A DNA stretch of 51,688 bases, counting the filler, from Jimgerdemannia flammicorona (Eukaryota): the NCBI GenBank assembly GCA_003990765.1. It is 2 parts of 2 records of this genome, joined end to end, with 100 filler letters (N's around TTAATTAATTAA, not from the genome) between each part and the next. Parts side by side here need not be neighbours in the genome. Positions count along the whole stretch, not along the records: positions 1 to 25,797 come from RBNJ01000792.1; 1 more part is not named here. One strand, written 5' to 3'. Below the pieces are notes generated by a model. The model was not told the origin of the DNA and ran no database searches. It saw nothing but the letters and a program-made list of their open reading frames with translations. The position numbers were made by a program, and so were the translations under genes. This document shows, piece after piece, positions 13,642 through 25,897 of this stretch (positions within the stretch are counted from its first letter, which is position 1; the number at the start of each line of letters is the position of its first letter).

Positions 13642-13770
13642 TATAAATACCCCTTCCCCCAGACCTCAGAATCTCAGACTCAAATATACAAGAACATTCC
13701 TGAATACTTCCCCATAATATCCTCTTACACAACTACTCCTAGTATAGCAATATCATGAATAGTGAATAAA
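13642..13770 (+). promoter_or_regulatory. Family A LTR TATA box (TATAAATA 13642-13649) and poly(A) signal (AATAAA 13765-13770)
   Basis: Both motifs conserved in all three full LTRs, in U3-R order. Confidence 0.6.
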
Positions 13771-14129
13771 CCTATTCGAATAACCCACAAACCACTCTTA
13801 AGTAAATCCACTCCCCATTAGGTCTACTCCTAACCCCATTACGAAATTTCCTAATTGGGTATTGTTTGCAGTGATACGCCAATTCAACTAAGCTAGTCTT
13901 AGGTTCTTGAACTTTCTGAAATACAGAAAATCCTGAACATCCAGAACTAGTCCAAAAAAGGACTTTGGTTGAGACATCAACCTGATCTTAAAATCAATAA
14001 GCATAGAGGATGTACTCTATATGAAATTGAGCTTGACCATAAAGAAAACAGTCTTCCAGAATATCCAGAACTTCCAGAAACTCTTCTAGAACTACATAAC
14101 GGTTACCCTAAAAAAGCAACCCTCTTACA

Positions 14130-14435
14130 TATAGTCACTTGGACTCTGCCATTTATTACCCATCTATTAATAATTTTACAGTTCACTCTTATACTATCCA
14201 ATCTCCATAGGAGTACCACTCCTCCTACATACATGATCAAAGACCACTCTTGCACCCACTACCCCAACCCTCCCCCCACTCTGCCTACAGATTTGTTCTA
14301 TCAAATGACGCCTTCAACCCCCCTTCAACCCCCAACCCAGCCATCAGCCTGTCAAGGTGTCTTCCATAAGGCTATGCCACCTCATCAGTCTGACCTCGGA
14401 GCCAAGTTTCCTCCCATCCTCAAAAACAAATAGCC
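14130..14435 (-). mobile_element. Second, diverged L1/Tx1 LINE copy, left piece (3' part of ORF2)
   Basis: Aligns with window 1-213 (AAAGACCACT; CCTCAAAAACAAATAGCC vs CCTCAAATACAAAAAGCC); continues at 24802. Confidence 0.8.
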
Positions 14436-16466
14436 TGTAAGCACACAACCTTCAAGCCACTGAAATCACACGTGACCTCTGAACAAATCTGGAAATCACC
14501 TGCTCGATCACAAAGCTGAGTCAAACCGAAGTCACAGCACACAAAGCTGAGTCAATACAAAGTTACAAAAATACAAAGTTTATACAAATGGAATCTTACC
14601 AATCAGGACCAAATGCATATATACCAAGTACTGAGATGCATCGAATCAGAGAACCAAAACAAATAATAACCACAACTTCCAAACATACAAACATGACCAC
14701 CAAGATCTATAACTATATCTATGCTGACATTTGGAATACTATTGTCAACCGAGCTATACCCCCTCTGCCCCTCATGAATATCCATAGTCTAGTACCCCTC
14801 TACTTTGTGGAAGCCTGATGGAATGCCCTGAACATGCTTAGCAAGGCCCACTGAATCGGACAAATCTCAAGCTACTACCAGATTGGCAGCCTCCTGGAAG
14901 ACATGATCGAACACCACTATGATACAGACATTATCCAGATGTCTCAACACCAGAAGCTCATTGCCTGTAAACATCGAGAACTCTTCTATGAGTACAGTAC
15001 CATTATTCCCTGCCTCTGAGTTACTACCAGCGAAATGGTCGCTACTCTATCCTATGGCCAAATCAATGACATGATACAAGAACTCAACCAGAAGTACCTC
15101 GAGTATGTCAAAACCACAGACAGAACCTTCCCACACCCCAATGATCATATCCTGCAAATGCCCCAAGTCGGATACACCATAAAGGATATCTACAATATAA
15201 TCCACTTCAATGAAGATAAAGCAGAAGACAATGATCTCTCTGATGCTGAGATGACCTCTAGCCAAGGATCTCTGCCAACCTTGATCACTCCACCAACCTT
15301 GCCGATGAACTTACAATAGTTCATAACTGTATACAAGACTTATTGGGACAATGACCACTGGCATGAATACCAATCTGCATTTACCCCTGATTACTTCAAC
15401 TACAATGAAGAGACCAGAGAACACAACCTGTACCTTCAGACAACCCTCAAGATCGAACCAACCACTCCACCACCTGAGTATGAGCGATATGAATCACAGC
15501 TGCCAGCTTACTACAATCCTGCAACTCATAGTGCTGTAACCTATAGAAGGTATGCAGATAGCAAATCCAATGAAAGCAAAGACAATATACCCATCCTTTG
15601 TCCACCAACACCTTATTCAGCCTATGAGACAGACAATGCTATCCTGTGGGACAGAGATGAAGTTCCAATATATTACTACCTCAGTGAACAAGGAGAAGTA
15701 ATCTGCAAACCACTCTTCCTAGATGACTACTTCATCAGAGATGATATCATTGATGGTGATGTCATTGAGAAATATCCAGACAGTACCTAAACTCATAAAT
15801 AGCCTAGCAGTCATAGTATAGTTAGATTAGCTTTATACAACATGACTGTGAACTGACTCAGCAGTCAGATGATCTCTTGATATGTCAGATCACACTTGTA
15901 CTACATAACTGCATTCCAACTCAGCAAGGCACTTAGTGCTACATCCATATCTAGCATAGTTCAGATAGCCCCTCACTAGTATAAATACCCTCTCCCCCAG
16001 ACCTCAGAATCTCAGACTCGAACACACAAGAACATTCCTAAATACTTCTCCACAATATCCCTTCACACAACTACTTCTAGTATAGCAATATCATAAATAG
16101 CAAATAAACCTATTCAATAACCCACAAACTACTCTTAAGTAAATCCACCCTCTGTTAGGTCCCACTCCTAACCCTGTCATGAAATTTCCTAATTGGGTAT
16201 TGTCTGCAGCAATATGCCAATACAACTAAGCTGGTCTTAGTTTCTTAAACTTCTTGAAATATAGAAACTCCTGAACATCCAGAACTAGTCTGAAAAAGGA
16301 CTTTGGTTGAGATGTCAACCCGATCTTGAAATCAATAAGTGTAGAGGATGTACTCTATACAAAATTGATCTTGACCATAAGAAAATGGTCTTCCAGAATA
16401 TCCAGAACTTCCAGAAAACCCTTCCAGAACTACGTAATGGTTACTATAAAAAGCAACCCTCTTACA
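14436..16466 (+). repeat. Family A 5' LTR of copy 2 (2031 bp)
   Basis: TGTAAG...CTTACA, preceded by TSD, followed by PBS. Confidence 0.95.
14693..15802 (+). pseudogene. LTR (U3)-encoded ORF of family A; copy in 5' LTR of copy 2
   Basis: Same 1110-nt span as 12355-13464; an upstream in-frame ATG exists at 14588 in this copy only. Confidence 0.72.
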
Positions 16467-16469
16467 ACT

Positions 16470-16491
16470 TGGTAGTAGTGGTTTACAATCC
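16470..16491 (+). promoter_or_regulatory. Primer-binding site, probably initiator tRNA-Met
   Basis: TGGTAG(C/T)AG 3 nt after the 5' LTR; copy 1 retains GTAGCAG; TGGTAGCAG complements the 3' end of a common eukaryotic tRNAi-Met type. Confidence 0.65.
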
Positions 16492-19400
16492 AATTCCACT
16501 TCAAGACACTTTCTCACCCCGCTACAAACCCTTCCGAGAATTCCTATAAGTTAGTATAAAGCCCAACCTCTGAACTGGAATTTATCCTGAACTATCTGAC
16601 AATCTGGAGAGAATTGAACCTGATATACAAGGACAATTTGATCTCCACACTTGCAATAAGTGGGATAAACTTCATTCAAAGAAAGAAGTACTCCAGTTAA
16701 ACCAGCAAATAGGTGAAACCCTATTCACCGAACTCCTTGCACTACACCCAGCAAGTCAAGACAAAGAAGGTCTTATTGAAGCCTTCTTTACTCTTCTCAA
16801 TAAGAGTTTTGTCAGCTCCATAAATCTGAGTGACCTAGGATAACCAGCAGCAGTCTTTCTAGCCTTATTTCCTCACAAAGCCCAAGCCTCTATAGCCAAG
16901 TGGCTCAACTCTACCGATTTCCACCATACCAGGACTAAGACCGCATTATACTACCAATTCCAGAACAGCAAGGCCCACTATATTCTTAATGAAGAAGCAA
17001 GAGAAACTCTTCATCAACTACCTGACCCCAAACCTGAAGCAGGCCCTGCTATAGCTCTACCTGAATCTGAAACCAATACCGAACCTAAACTTGACTTTGA
17101 ATTAAGTCCATCTGAAATCAGATATACAACTGATTCTGTCTACTTTGATACTGAGCAAACCCAATTACACAGGGACCAAACTGAAGAAAAGGAGGAGTAT
17201 CTTAGTGAATTCGATCCCAGATATACCACCAAAGGAGAAGTACCTCCATCAGGACAGAATATACCTATACAGCAACAAACAGTTATCTATCAAGCCCTCA
17301 CTTCAGACCTACAACTACTACTCCAGCAACTTACACAGACCCAAAGAACCCCATCACACTCTGCACCAGTACCTCAAGTAGTACCAGTAACACCACTACC
17401 AGCAGTCCAACTGCCTCCAGTAAACAATATAGTGAACCAATAGATTCTAGACCTTACAGCCCAAGTAGCCATAATGGCAGCAACCATTACTGCCTTAGCT
17501 GAACAGACCCAACCTACCAAAAATCTGAGCCTACCTACCTTCAATGGTACTGCACAAGAAGTCCAAAGCTTTATTAGTATAGTTGACACCAACTTCGAAG
17601 TCAATCAAAGGACCAATGAGCGAGTTGCCAACTATGTCCTGACAAACAATCAAGACCACACTCTGGAACAACTCTTTGCTATGACTACAGCCTATGTCCA
17701 CTGAGTTGTTATATTCTTCTGAGGACCTGCTGAAGAATGGTGGCGAACCCTTTCTGAAAAACCCCTCACATAGGATATCCGACCTGCAGTAGTTGCTCAG
17801 AATGTAGCAAACAATGCCCCAGGATATGGAGTCCACCCTGCAGTCCCTGGGCTCAAACAACTCATGATTGCTCAATACTGCAGTGAAACCATGATTGCTG
17901 AATCTCGAGTAAAACTCCGCAATCTCAAATTTTATATATATGGCAAAGAAGAATTTGAAACCTTCTGTACAAAACTCAAGTCACTCCTGAACACTGTTGG
18001 CCTAGGATACATTGCCAATGATGAAGCATGAAATGGTACAAGAGCAGACCATTTATTCAATGCCCTGCCTGAATGGCTTACTAGAAAAATCCGAGAACAA
18101 GGCTGCTCAATTGGTTGTGATCACCAACAATGGTACCTGGCAAGAATCAAGACTATGGTCAAGTGAATCCTAACAGCTAGACCAATTCTGCCCTGAAGAC
18201 AATTCAACAACAAGGAAAAAACTTGGACCAAGAAAGAAGAATCCAAGCATGAAGCATCCCGAGCTCCCTCCACATCTACCTCTTGGACATGAACCCACCC
18301 AGCCAAGTACCTTCAAGAAACTTACTGAAGGCAAAAGAAATGAACTTCGAAGAAGTAGAGCATGCTTCTATTGCTAAAAGACAGGACATATGGCCAGTGC
18401 CTACCCTAACTGGAAACCCCAAACAGCAACAAGAGCAACTGTTACCACTCTGCACCATCTCAACAACCTGACTACCAGAACACTAGACTTTGTCAAGTTA
18501 AGACAAACTGCTAAGGCCCCAACCAAAGGAAGTCAAAAAGCAGCTGGATATGACCTATATGCAGCCGAAGAAGCTACAGTTTCCAACCGAGAAGTCAAAT
18601 AAGTTTATACAGGAATCAGTATCCAAATCTCTGAAGGACATGTTGGAAGAATATACTGTCACAGCAGCCTAGCACTGAAAGGACTCTCAGTAGAAGGAGG
18701 AGTCATTGATGAAGATTATACAGGCGAAATCATTGTCCTCATTCGGAACTACAGTTGGACATCCTTCAAGATCCCTATTGGTTTCTGCATTGCCCAAATT
18801 CTATTCAAAAAAATTGAGTCAACTCTGACAGTCAAGAAAGTCCCTGAACTACTGCCCACCATCTGAGGATCCAAAGGATTTGGCTCATTAAAAAAGGCCC
18901 CAGCCCAACCTACTATGAGCAAAGAAGAACAATTCTATAAGAAGATAGAAGATGGATATGTACCAAGTAGCTGATGCCTACATGGCATTGGAATATACTC
19001 TTCCCGAATAATTGATGATTACTTCTCTTATATCAATGAACTGGCACAAAGAAGAACCAACAAAAGGAAAGCCCCTACAACCGAAATCACCACCATTGGG
19101 TCAGACAAACTGCTTACACTTAAAGCTTTTGTCAACCGAGCACCTGTCAAGATTATGATAGACAGTAGTACCTCAGGCAACTTCATCAATGAGGAAACAG
19201 CCAACAGACTCAAGATTTTCACCTCTCTGATATAACAAACTCAAGCAGTTGCTACAGCTGATGGAATCTCACATATTATTAGCAAAGAAGTCCGCAATCT
19301 ACTCTTCCGAATTAGTGACTATCAAGTATATGTTACCCTCCAGATCGTACCACTCCCTGACAATGAAATCATCCTTAGAACTCCATGGTTGAAACAAGAG

Positions 19401-22400
19401 AACCCCATGATCGATTGGGTAAACCATTCTCTGACCATCAAGAAAGGATGCCACAACTTCAAACTGCAAGGCAAAAAGGACTCACTTAATTCTAGTGACC
19501 CTGAACCAAAGATCACTCACATCAACAAGCTACAACTCAAGAAATTGGCCAAGAAATGCCCTCTCTTCGCTATCTCCATCTGTCTATCCAAAGGAGAACC
19601 TGAGAACTCTGAAGAAGACTTTTCTAAAGTTGACAGCCATGTCAGACCACTACTCTAGAAATTTCGAGACATATTCCCAAAGAAGCTTCTAAAAGGTCTA
19701 TCTCCTAAATGAGCAGTAGACCATGCCATCAAAACTATCCCAGATGCCAAACCAGCCTTCAAGTCAATCTACCACATGTCTCCAAGAGAAATTGATGCAC
19801 TCAAGAAAGAAATTGATGAACTCCTAGAACAAGGATTCATCAGATCCAGCATATCACCCTATGGTGCACCAGTTCTCTTTGTTGTCAAAAAAGCAGGAGA
19901 CCTGTAAATGTGCATTGATTACTGTGACCTCAATGAACAGACCATCAAGAACTATTGCCCACTTCTGAGGATCGATGAAATATTCGATAGACTTACAAAC
20001 CTATAATTCATGAGCTCTTTTGACTTGTGAAATGGTTACTGGCAAATTGCTATGAAAGAAGAAGACATCTACAAGACAGCCTTCTGAACTCACTATGAAC
20101 ACTTTGAGTTTCTGATTATGCCCTTTTGCTTAACTAATGCCCCAGCAATCTTTCAGACACTGATGAATACCATTCTGCATCTATACCTGGACAAATTTGT
20201 TATTGTCTATATTGATAACATCCTAGTCTTCAGCAAAACCCTGGAGGAACATCTTGAATATCTTAAACTAGTACTATTGAAACTCCGAGAAAACTGACTC
20301 TTTGCAAAACTCAGTAAGTGCGAATTTCTCCTAAAAGAAATTCAATTCCTTGGACACATTGTCACTCCAAATAGAATCAAAGTGAACTCCAGCAAAATCT
20401 CTGCAATCAAAGATTGGCCCAGACCCAAGAAGCTGAAAGACCTCCAGTCATTCCTGGGATTAGCAAACTATTATAGGTGATTTGTTGCCAACTTTGCTAA
20501 AATTGCTACTGCCCTCACCCAAATGACCAAACACAGTAAGAAACAAGAACAACCCTGGACCATGAAACAAGAGAAAGACTTCAACAATCTTGTAAATTGG
20601 GGACTCGAGCAAGATACCACCTTTCAAGCACTAAAAGATGCTCTGATAACTACTCCAGTACTTCAGGTAGCAAATCTTACCTTACCATATGAAGTCACTA
20701 CTGATGCCTCTGACCTAGCTCTTGGAGCAGTGCTCATGCAAGAAGGACACCCTGTGGCCTATTACTCTTGCAAGTTCAATGATGCTGAAATCAACTATAC
20801 AACTCATGAGAAGGAAATGCTAGCCATCATAGACACTCTGATCAAATGGCGACCATACCTAGAAGGAGCATACTTCACTGTATTGACTGACCACAAGTCA
20901 TTAGTCAACATCAAGACCCAGGCTACCCTTTCTTGAAAGCAAGCTAGATGGATGAAAGTCCTCACCAACTTTGACTATAAAATCCAGTACCACCCTGGCA
21001 AGGAAAATATTGTTGCCAATGCAATCTCCAGACCACCAATTGAAGAGGTTATCCAAACTCTCACCTTGGTTACAAACTCCATCATGGAACAAATTATCAC
21101 AGTATGTGCCGATGATAAGGAAGCTCAAGCACTATGAGAAATCCTGAACAGTAATGATGCTGACAAGCATATACAGTATCACCAATACCAACTGAAGGAC
21201 AATGCTATCTACTACAAAGACAGACTGTATGTCCCAAACAACCAAGATCTCCGAAGGACTATCCTATTCGAATGTCATGATGCACCTATAGCTGGACATT
21301 TAGAATTCGATAAATGTTATGAAGTCATCTCCCAAAACTTCTATTGGCCCTGCATGACAGATTAGCTTAAAACCTACATCACTTCCTGTGATGCCTGCCA
21401 ATGAAACAAGTCCTCAACACTAGCAAAACCCAGCTTACTCCACCCTATCCCAGTACCATCTATGAATTGGGAACAAATCTCTATGGACTTTATTGTACAA
21501 CTACCCTGAACCAAGAATGGAAAAGATGTAATTGTTGTCTTTGTGGACTATCTCAGCAAACAAGCCCACTTTGTACTAACTACTACTACTGTAATAGCAC
21601 CAGATATAGCCACACTCTTGTTTGACAATATCTTCTGCTATCATGGTCTTCCTAAGATCATTATTAGTAACTGAGATCTAAAATTCACCAGCCATTTTTG
21701 GAAAGCCCTCCATGCACACCTTGGAACAAAACTTGCACTATCCACAGCCTTTCACCCAGAAACTGATGGCCAAACTGAAAGAATGAACTGAACTCTGGAA
21801 TAAATACTAAGGAACTATGTTTCCTATAGATAAGATGATTGGTATGAACACCTCACCACAGTTGAGTTTGCCTATAACAATAGCATACAAGCCTCTCTTG
21901 GAATGACCCCATTCTTTGCCAACACTGGACAAAACCCAAACACCTCTTTGACACTTATCCAAACTACTGAAGAACTCTCCACAGTCGAAGCTGTTGAAGA
22001 ATTCTTACTTCGAATGTGCAACCTAAGCCAGATTGCTATTGAGAATTTATCACAAGCTCAAGAACAACAGTCACAGTATGTTAACCAACACCACTGAGAA
22101 GAAACCTTTGATATTGGAGAAAAAGTCCTACTAGACATCAGAGGATACTGAGTTGACAACCTCAAGCATAGACCATCTACAAAGCTGAACAGCAAGTTCA
22201 TTAGACCATTTGAAGTCATTGCATAAGTCTCTCCAACCTCCTACAAACTGGCGCTACCAGATACTATTAAGATCCACCCAGTCTTTAATGTTCAATATCT
22301 CAAGCGATACAATGAGAATGATGATGAGCTATTTCCAAACCAGACCACCAAACCATCTGCACCTATCATTATTAATGATCAAGAAGAATACGAAGTTGAA

Positions 22401-22550
22401 CAAATCCTCAACAAATATGGCAATAAGAGCCACCCTGAGTACCTTGTCAAATGGAAAGGTTATCTGATTCACGATACAATCTGGGAACCCAAGACCAATC
22501 TCCAGAATACTACTGACCTAGTTCAGGAATATGATTCCTTGAACAACTAG
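16472..22550 (+). pseudogene. gag-pol: Family A gag-dut-pol polyprotein, copy 2 (stops, 11-bp deletion near 18288, RT YIDD->YIDN)
   Basis: Colinear with 5761-11850 (offset 10711, then 10700 after the deletion). Confidence 0.92.
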
Positions 22551-22763
22551 AACCAAATACTCCACACCTATCCATACATACTATATACTTTCCTCCTGAA
22601 CATTATAATTATTGCAAAACTGAACCAAGAACTCAGTAAAACAAGACAAGAATACAGACCCTCTGGAGAAATGGCAAAACTGAAAGCAAGCCTATTCTCT
22701 CTGTACCACTGAACAAAATTTGAAAGCCCCGACAAGGATGTCAAAAGCTAAGAAGGGGAGAGT

Positions 22764-24801
22764 TGTAAGCACACAACCTCCAAGCCACTGAAATCACACG
22801 CGACCTCTGAACAAATCTGGAAATCACCTGCTCGATCATGAAGCTGAGTCAAACCGAAGTCACAGCGCATAAAGCTGAGTCAATATAAAGTCACAAAAAC
22901 ACAAAGTTTACACAAATAGAATCTTACCAATCAGGACCAAATGTATATATACTGAGCACCAAGATGCATCGAATCAGAGAACCAAAACAAACAACAAACA
23001 ACAACCACAACTTCCAAACACACAAACATGACCACTGAGATCTATAACCATATCCGTACTGACATTTGGAATGCCATTATCAACCGAGCTACACCCCCTC
23101 TACCTCTCATGAATATCTATAGTCTAGCACTCCTCTACTTTGTGAAAACCTGATGGAATGCCCTGAACATGCTTAGCGAGGCCCACCAAATTGGACAAAT
23201 CTCAAGCTACTACCAGATCAGCCATCTTTTGGAAGATATGGTCAAACACCACCATGATACAGACATTACCCAGATGTCTCAACACCAGAAGCTCATTGCC
23301 CGTAAACATCGAGAACTCTTCTATGAGTACAGTACCATTATTTCCCACCTCCGAGTTACTACCAGCGAAATGATCACTACTCTGTCCTATGGCCAAATCG
23401 ATGACATGATACAAAAACTCAACCAGAAGTACCTCAAGTATGTTGAAACCACAGACAGAACCTTCCCACACCCCAATGATCACATTCTGCAAATGCCCCA
23501 AGTCAGATATGTCATGAAGGACATCTATGATATAATCCACTTCGATGAAGACGAAGCAGAAGACAATGATCCCTCTGACGCCGAGATGACCTCTAGCCAA
23601 GAATCTCTGCCAATCTTGATCACTCTGCCAACCTTGCTGATGAACTTACAACAGTTCATAACTACATACAAGACTTATTAGGACAATAACCACTGGCACA
23701 AATACCAACCTGCATTCACCCCTGATTACTTCAACTATAATGAAGAGACTGGAGAACACAACCTATACCTCCAGACAACCCTCAAGATTGAACCAACCAC
23801 TCTACCACCTGAGTACGAGTGACATGAACCACAGCCGCCAGCTTACTACAATCCTGCAACTCATAGTGCTATAACCTATAGAAGGTATGCAGACAGCGAA
23901 TCCAATAAAAGTGAAGACAATATACCCATCCTTTGTCCACCAACACCTTATCCAGCCTATAAGACAGATGATGCTATCCTGTGGGATGGAGATGAAGTCC
24001 CAATATATTACTACCTCAGTAAACAAGGAGAAGTAATCCGCAAACCACTCTTCCTGGATGACTACTTCATCAGAGATAATATCATCAATGGTGATGTCAT
24101 CGAGGACTACCCAGACAGTACCTAAACCCATAAATAGCCTAGCAGTCATAGTATAGTTAGATTAGCTTTATATGACATGACTGTGAACTGACTCAGCAGT
24201 CAGACGATCTCTTGATATGTCAGATCACACTTATACTACATGACTGTATTCCAACTCAGCAAGGCACTTAGTGCTATATCTATATCTAGCATAGTCCAGA
24301 TAGCCCCTCACTAGTATAAATACCCCCTCTCCCAGACCTCAGAATCTCAGACTCGAACACACAAGAATATTCCTGAATACTTCCCCACAATATCCCTTTA
24401 CACAACTACTTCTAGTATAGCAATATCATGAATAGCAAATAAACCTATTTAATAACCCACAAACTATTCTTAAGTAAATCCACCCCCTGTTAGGTCCCAC
24501 TCCTAACCCTGTCATGAAATTTCCTAATTGGGTATTGTCTGCAGCAATATACCAATTCAACTAAGCTAGTCTTAGTTTCTTAAACTTCCTGAAATATGGA
24601 AACTCCTGAACATCCAGAACTAGTCCGAAAAAGGACTTTGGTTGTGACATCAACCCAATCTTGAAATCAATAAGTGTAGAGGATGTACTCCATACGAAAT
24701 TGATCTTGACCATAAGAAAACGATCTTTCAGAATATCCAGAACTTCTAGAAAACTCTTCCAGAACTACATAATGGTTACCATAAAAAGCAACCCTCTTAC
24801 A
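22764..24801 (+). repeat. Family A 3' LTR of copy 2 (2038 bp)
   Basis: After PPT AAGAAGGGGAGAG; TGTAAG...CTTACA; followed by TSD. Confidence 0.95.
23028..24137 (+). pseudogene. LTR (U3)-encoded ORF of family A; copy in 3' LTR of copy 2
   Basis: ATG 23028 to TAG 24137, again 1110 nt; includes ORF-track 23169-23681. Confidence 0.72.
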
Positions 24802-25553
24802 TAGCCAGTGACTGACCAGCCCCACCCAAATGGCCAAAGCCTACCCTAATATCAGCCATTCCTTCCCCACCCCCCCCTCCAGTCTACCCCTTAAATCCTC
24901 CCAACACCCCTGCACATCAGCTCTCCTGCACATGACTCCCAGATGATCTCCAATATTCTGCCAAAAGGTACTAAGTACCTTAAACTCCCCTAGCCAATGT
25001 TCAGGTGTCTGTATATATCTCCCTTCCTGCCCCACATTATAACACTCTTCATAGTCAAAGCAGCCTCCCTCAATAAGGTAACTAGAGTGGAAGTTGAGCA
25101 TGACATTTTGCCTCAGCACGTGCCACCAGACCACCCAGTACTTCAGCGGCAACCACCTCCTCACTTTGGCACTCTAGGCCCATATGCTATGCCAGTCCCA
25201 CTCCTCACCGATTCCTACACCCTACCAACTGCTAGGCCACAGATCCTGGCCTGATCTCTGCTGGCATTTGATCCCATCACCAATGTTAAACTCAAGTAAG
25301 GGAATACCACCAAGTAACACTCAGTTCCATCACCACATTGCTGGGTCCCAAGCCTCCTCCCCTTCATTTCTCTACCACCTAATTCCAATGCAGTGTACTT
25401 CCTCTGCCACTCTCCACCAGAAGCCTTTGTACCATAATTGTCTAGAGTTCTGAAGGCCTACAAGCACCAGGAGATTACCCATCGAACTCCTTGGAGAGGA
25501 CCTCATCTCCCAGACCTTCTGCAGTAGGGGAACCCTCAGATATACACCATGGT
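24802..25553 (-). mobile_element. Second L1/Tx1 LINE copy, right piece (ORF2 C-terminal region)
   Basis: ORF 24841-25164 (NVMLNFHS..LIEGG.FD.EECYNVGQ.G..IQ.PEHWLGE) matches 296-541. Confidence 0.85.
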
Positions 25554-25797
25554 TGTAAGAGGGTTACTTTTTAGGGTAACCGTTACGTAGTTCTAAAAGG
25601 GTTTTCTGGAAGTTCTGGATATTCTGGAAGACTGTTTTCTTATGGTCAAGATCAATTTCATATGGAGTATGTCCTCTACGCTTATTGATTTCAAGATCGG
25701 GTTGACGTCTCAACCAAAGTCCTTTTCCGGACTAGTTCTGGATGTTCAGGATTCTCCGTATTTCAGGAAGTTCAAGAAACTAAGACCAGCTTAGTTG
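25554..25797 (-). repeat. Third family A insertion: inverted LTR 3' end, cut by assembly gap
   Basis: Reverse complement of the LTR U5 end (TGTAAGAGGGTT...); retains more CpG than the other copies. Confidence 0.92.
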
Positions 25798-25897
25798 NNN
25801 NNNNNNNNNNNNNNNNNNNNNNNNNNNNNNNNNNNNNNNNNTTAATTAATTAANNNNNNNNNNNNNNNNNNNNNNNNNNNNNNNNNNNNNNNNNNNN
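25798..25897. other. Assembly gap (44 N + TTAATTAATTAA linker + 44 N)
   Basis: N runs around a linker with stops in all six frames; technical. Confidence 0.95.

Larger units (their letters stand above)
5761..14129 (+). mobile_element. Ty3/Gypsy chromovirus family A, copy 1 (5' LTR missing)
   Basis: Starts within the PBS region (matches 16472 onward in copy 2), gag-dUTPase-PR-RT-RH-IN-chromodomain, PPT AAGAAGGGGAGAG, 3' LTR TGTAAG...CTTACA. Confidence 0.95.
12063..14129 (+). repeat. Family A 3' LTR of copy 1 (2067 bp)
   Basis: Follows PPT; TGTAAG...CTTACA terminal inverted repeats; homologous to 14436-16466 and 22764-24801. Confidence 0.95.
14436..24801 (+). mobile_element. Ty3/Gypsy chromovirus family A, copy 2, full length (10366 bp), 5-bp TSD TAGCC
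   Basis: Two LTRs, PBS, PPT, full domain set; TAGCC at 14431-14435 and 24802-24806. Confidence 0.97.

Noticed and set aside
12063..16466. Apparent tandem array sharing an LTR
   Set aside because: The two LTRs are separated by 306 bp of LINE and copy 2 has its own TSD; these are independent insertions.
25842..25853. Perfect palindrome TTAATTAATTAA
   Set aside because: Artificial linker inside an N gap; adjacency across the gap is also unproven.
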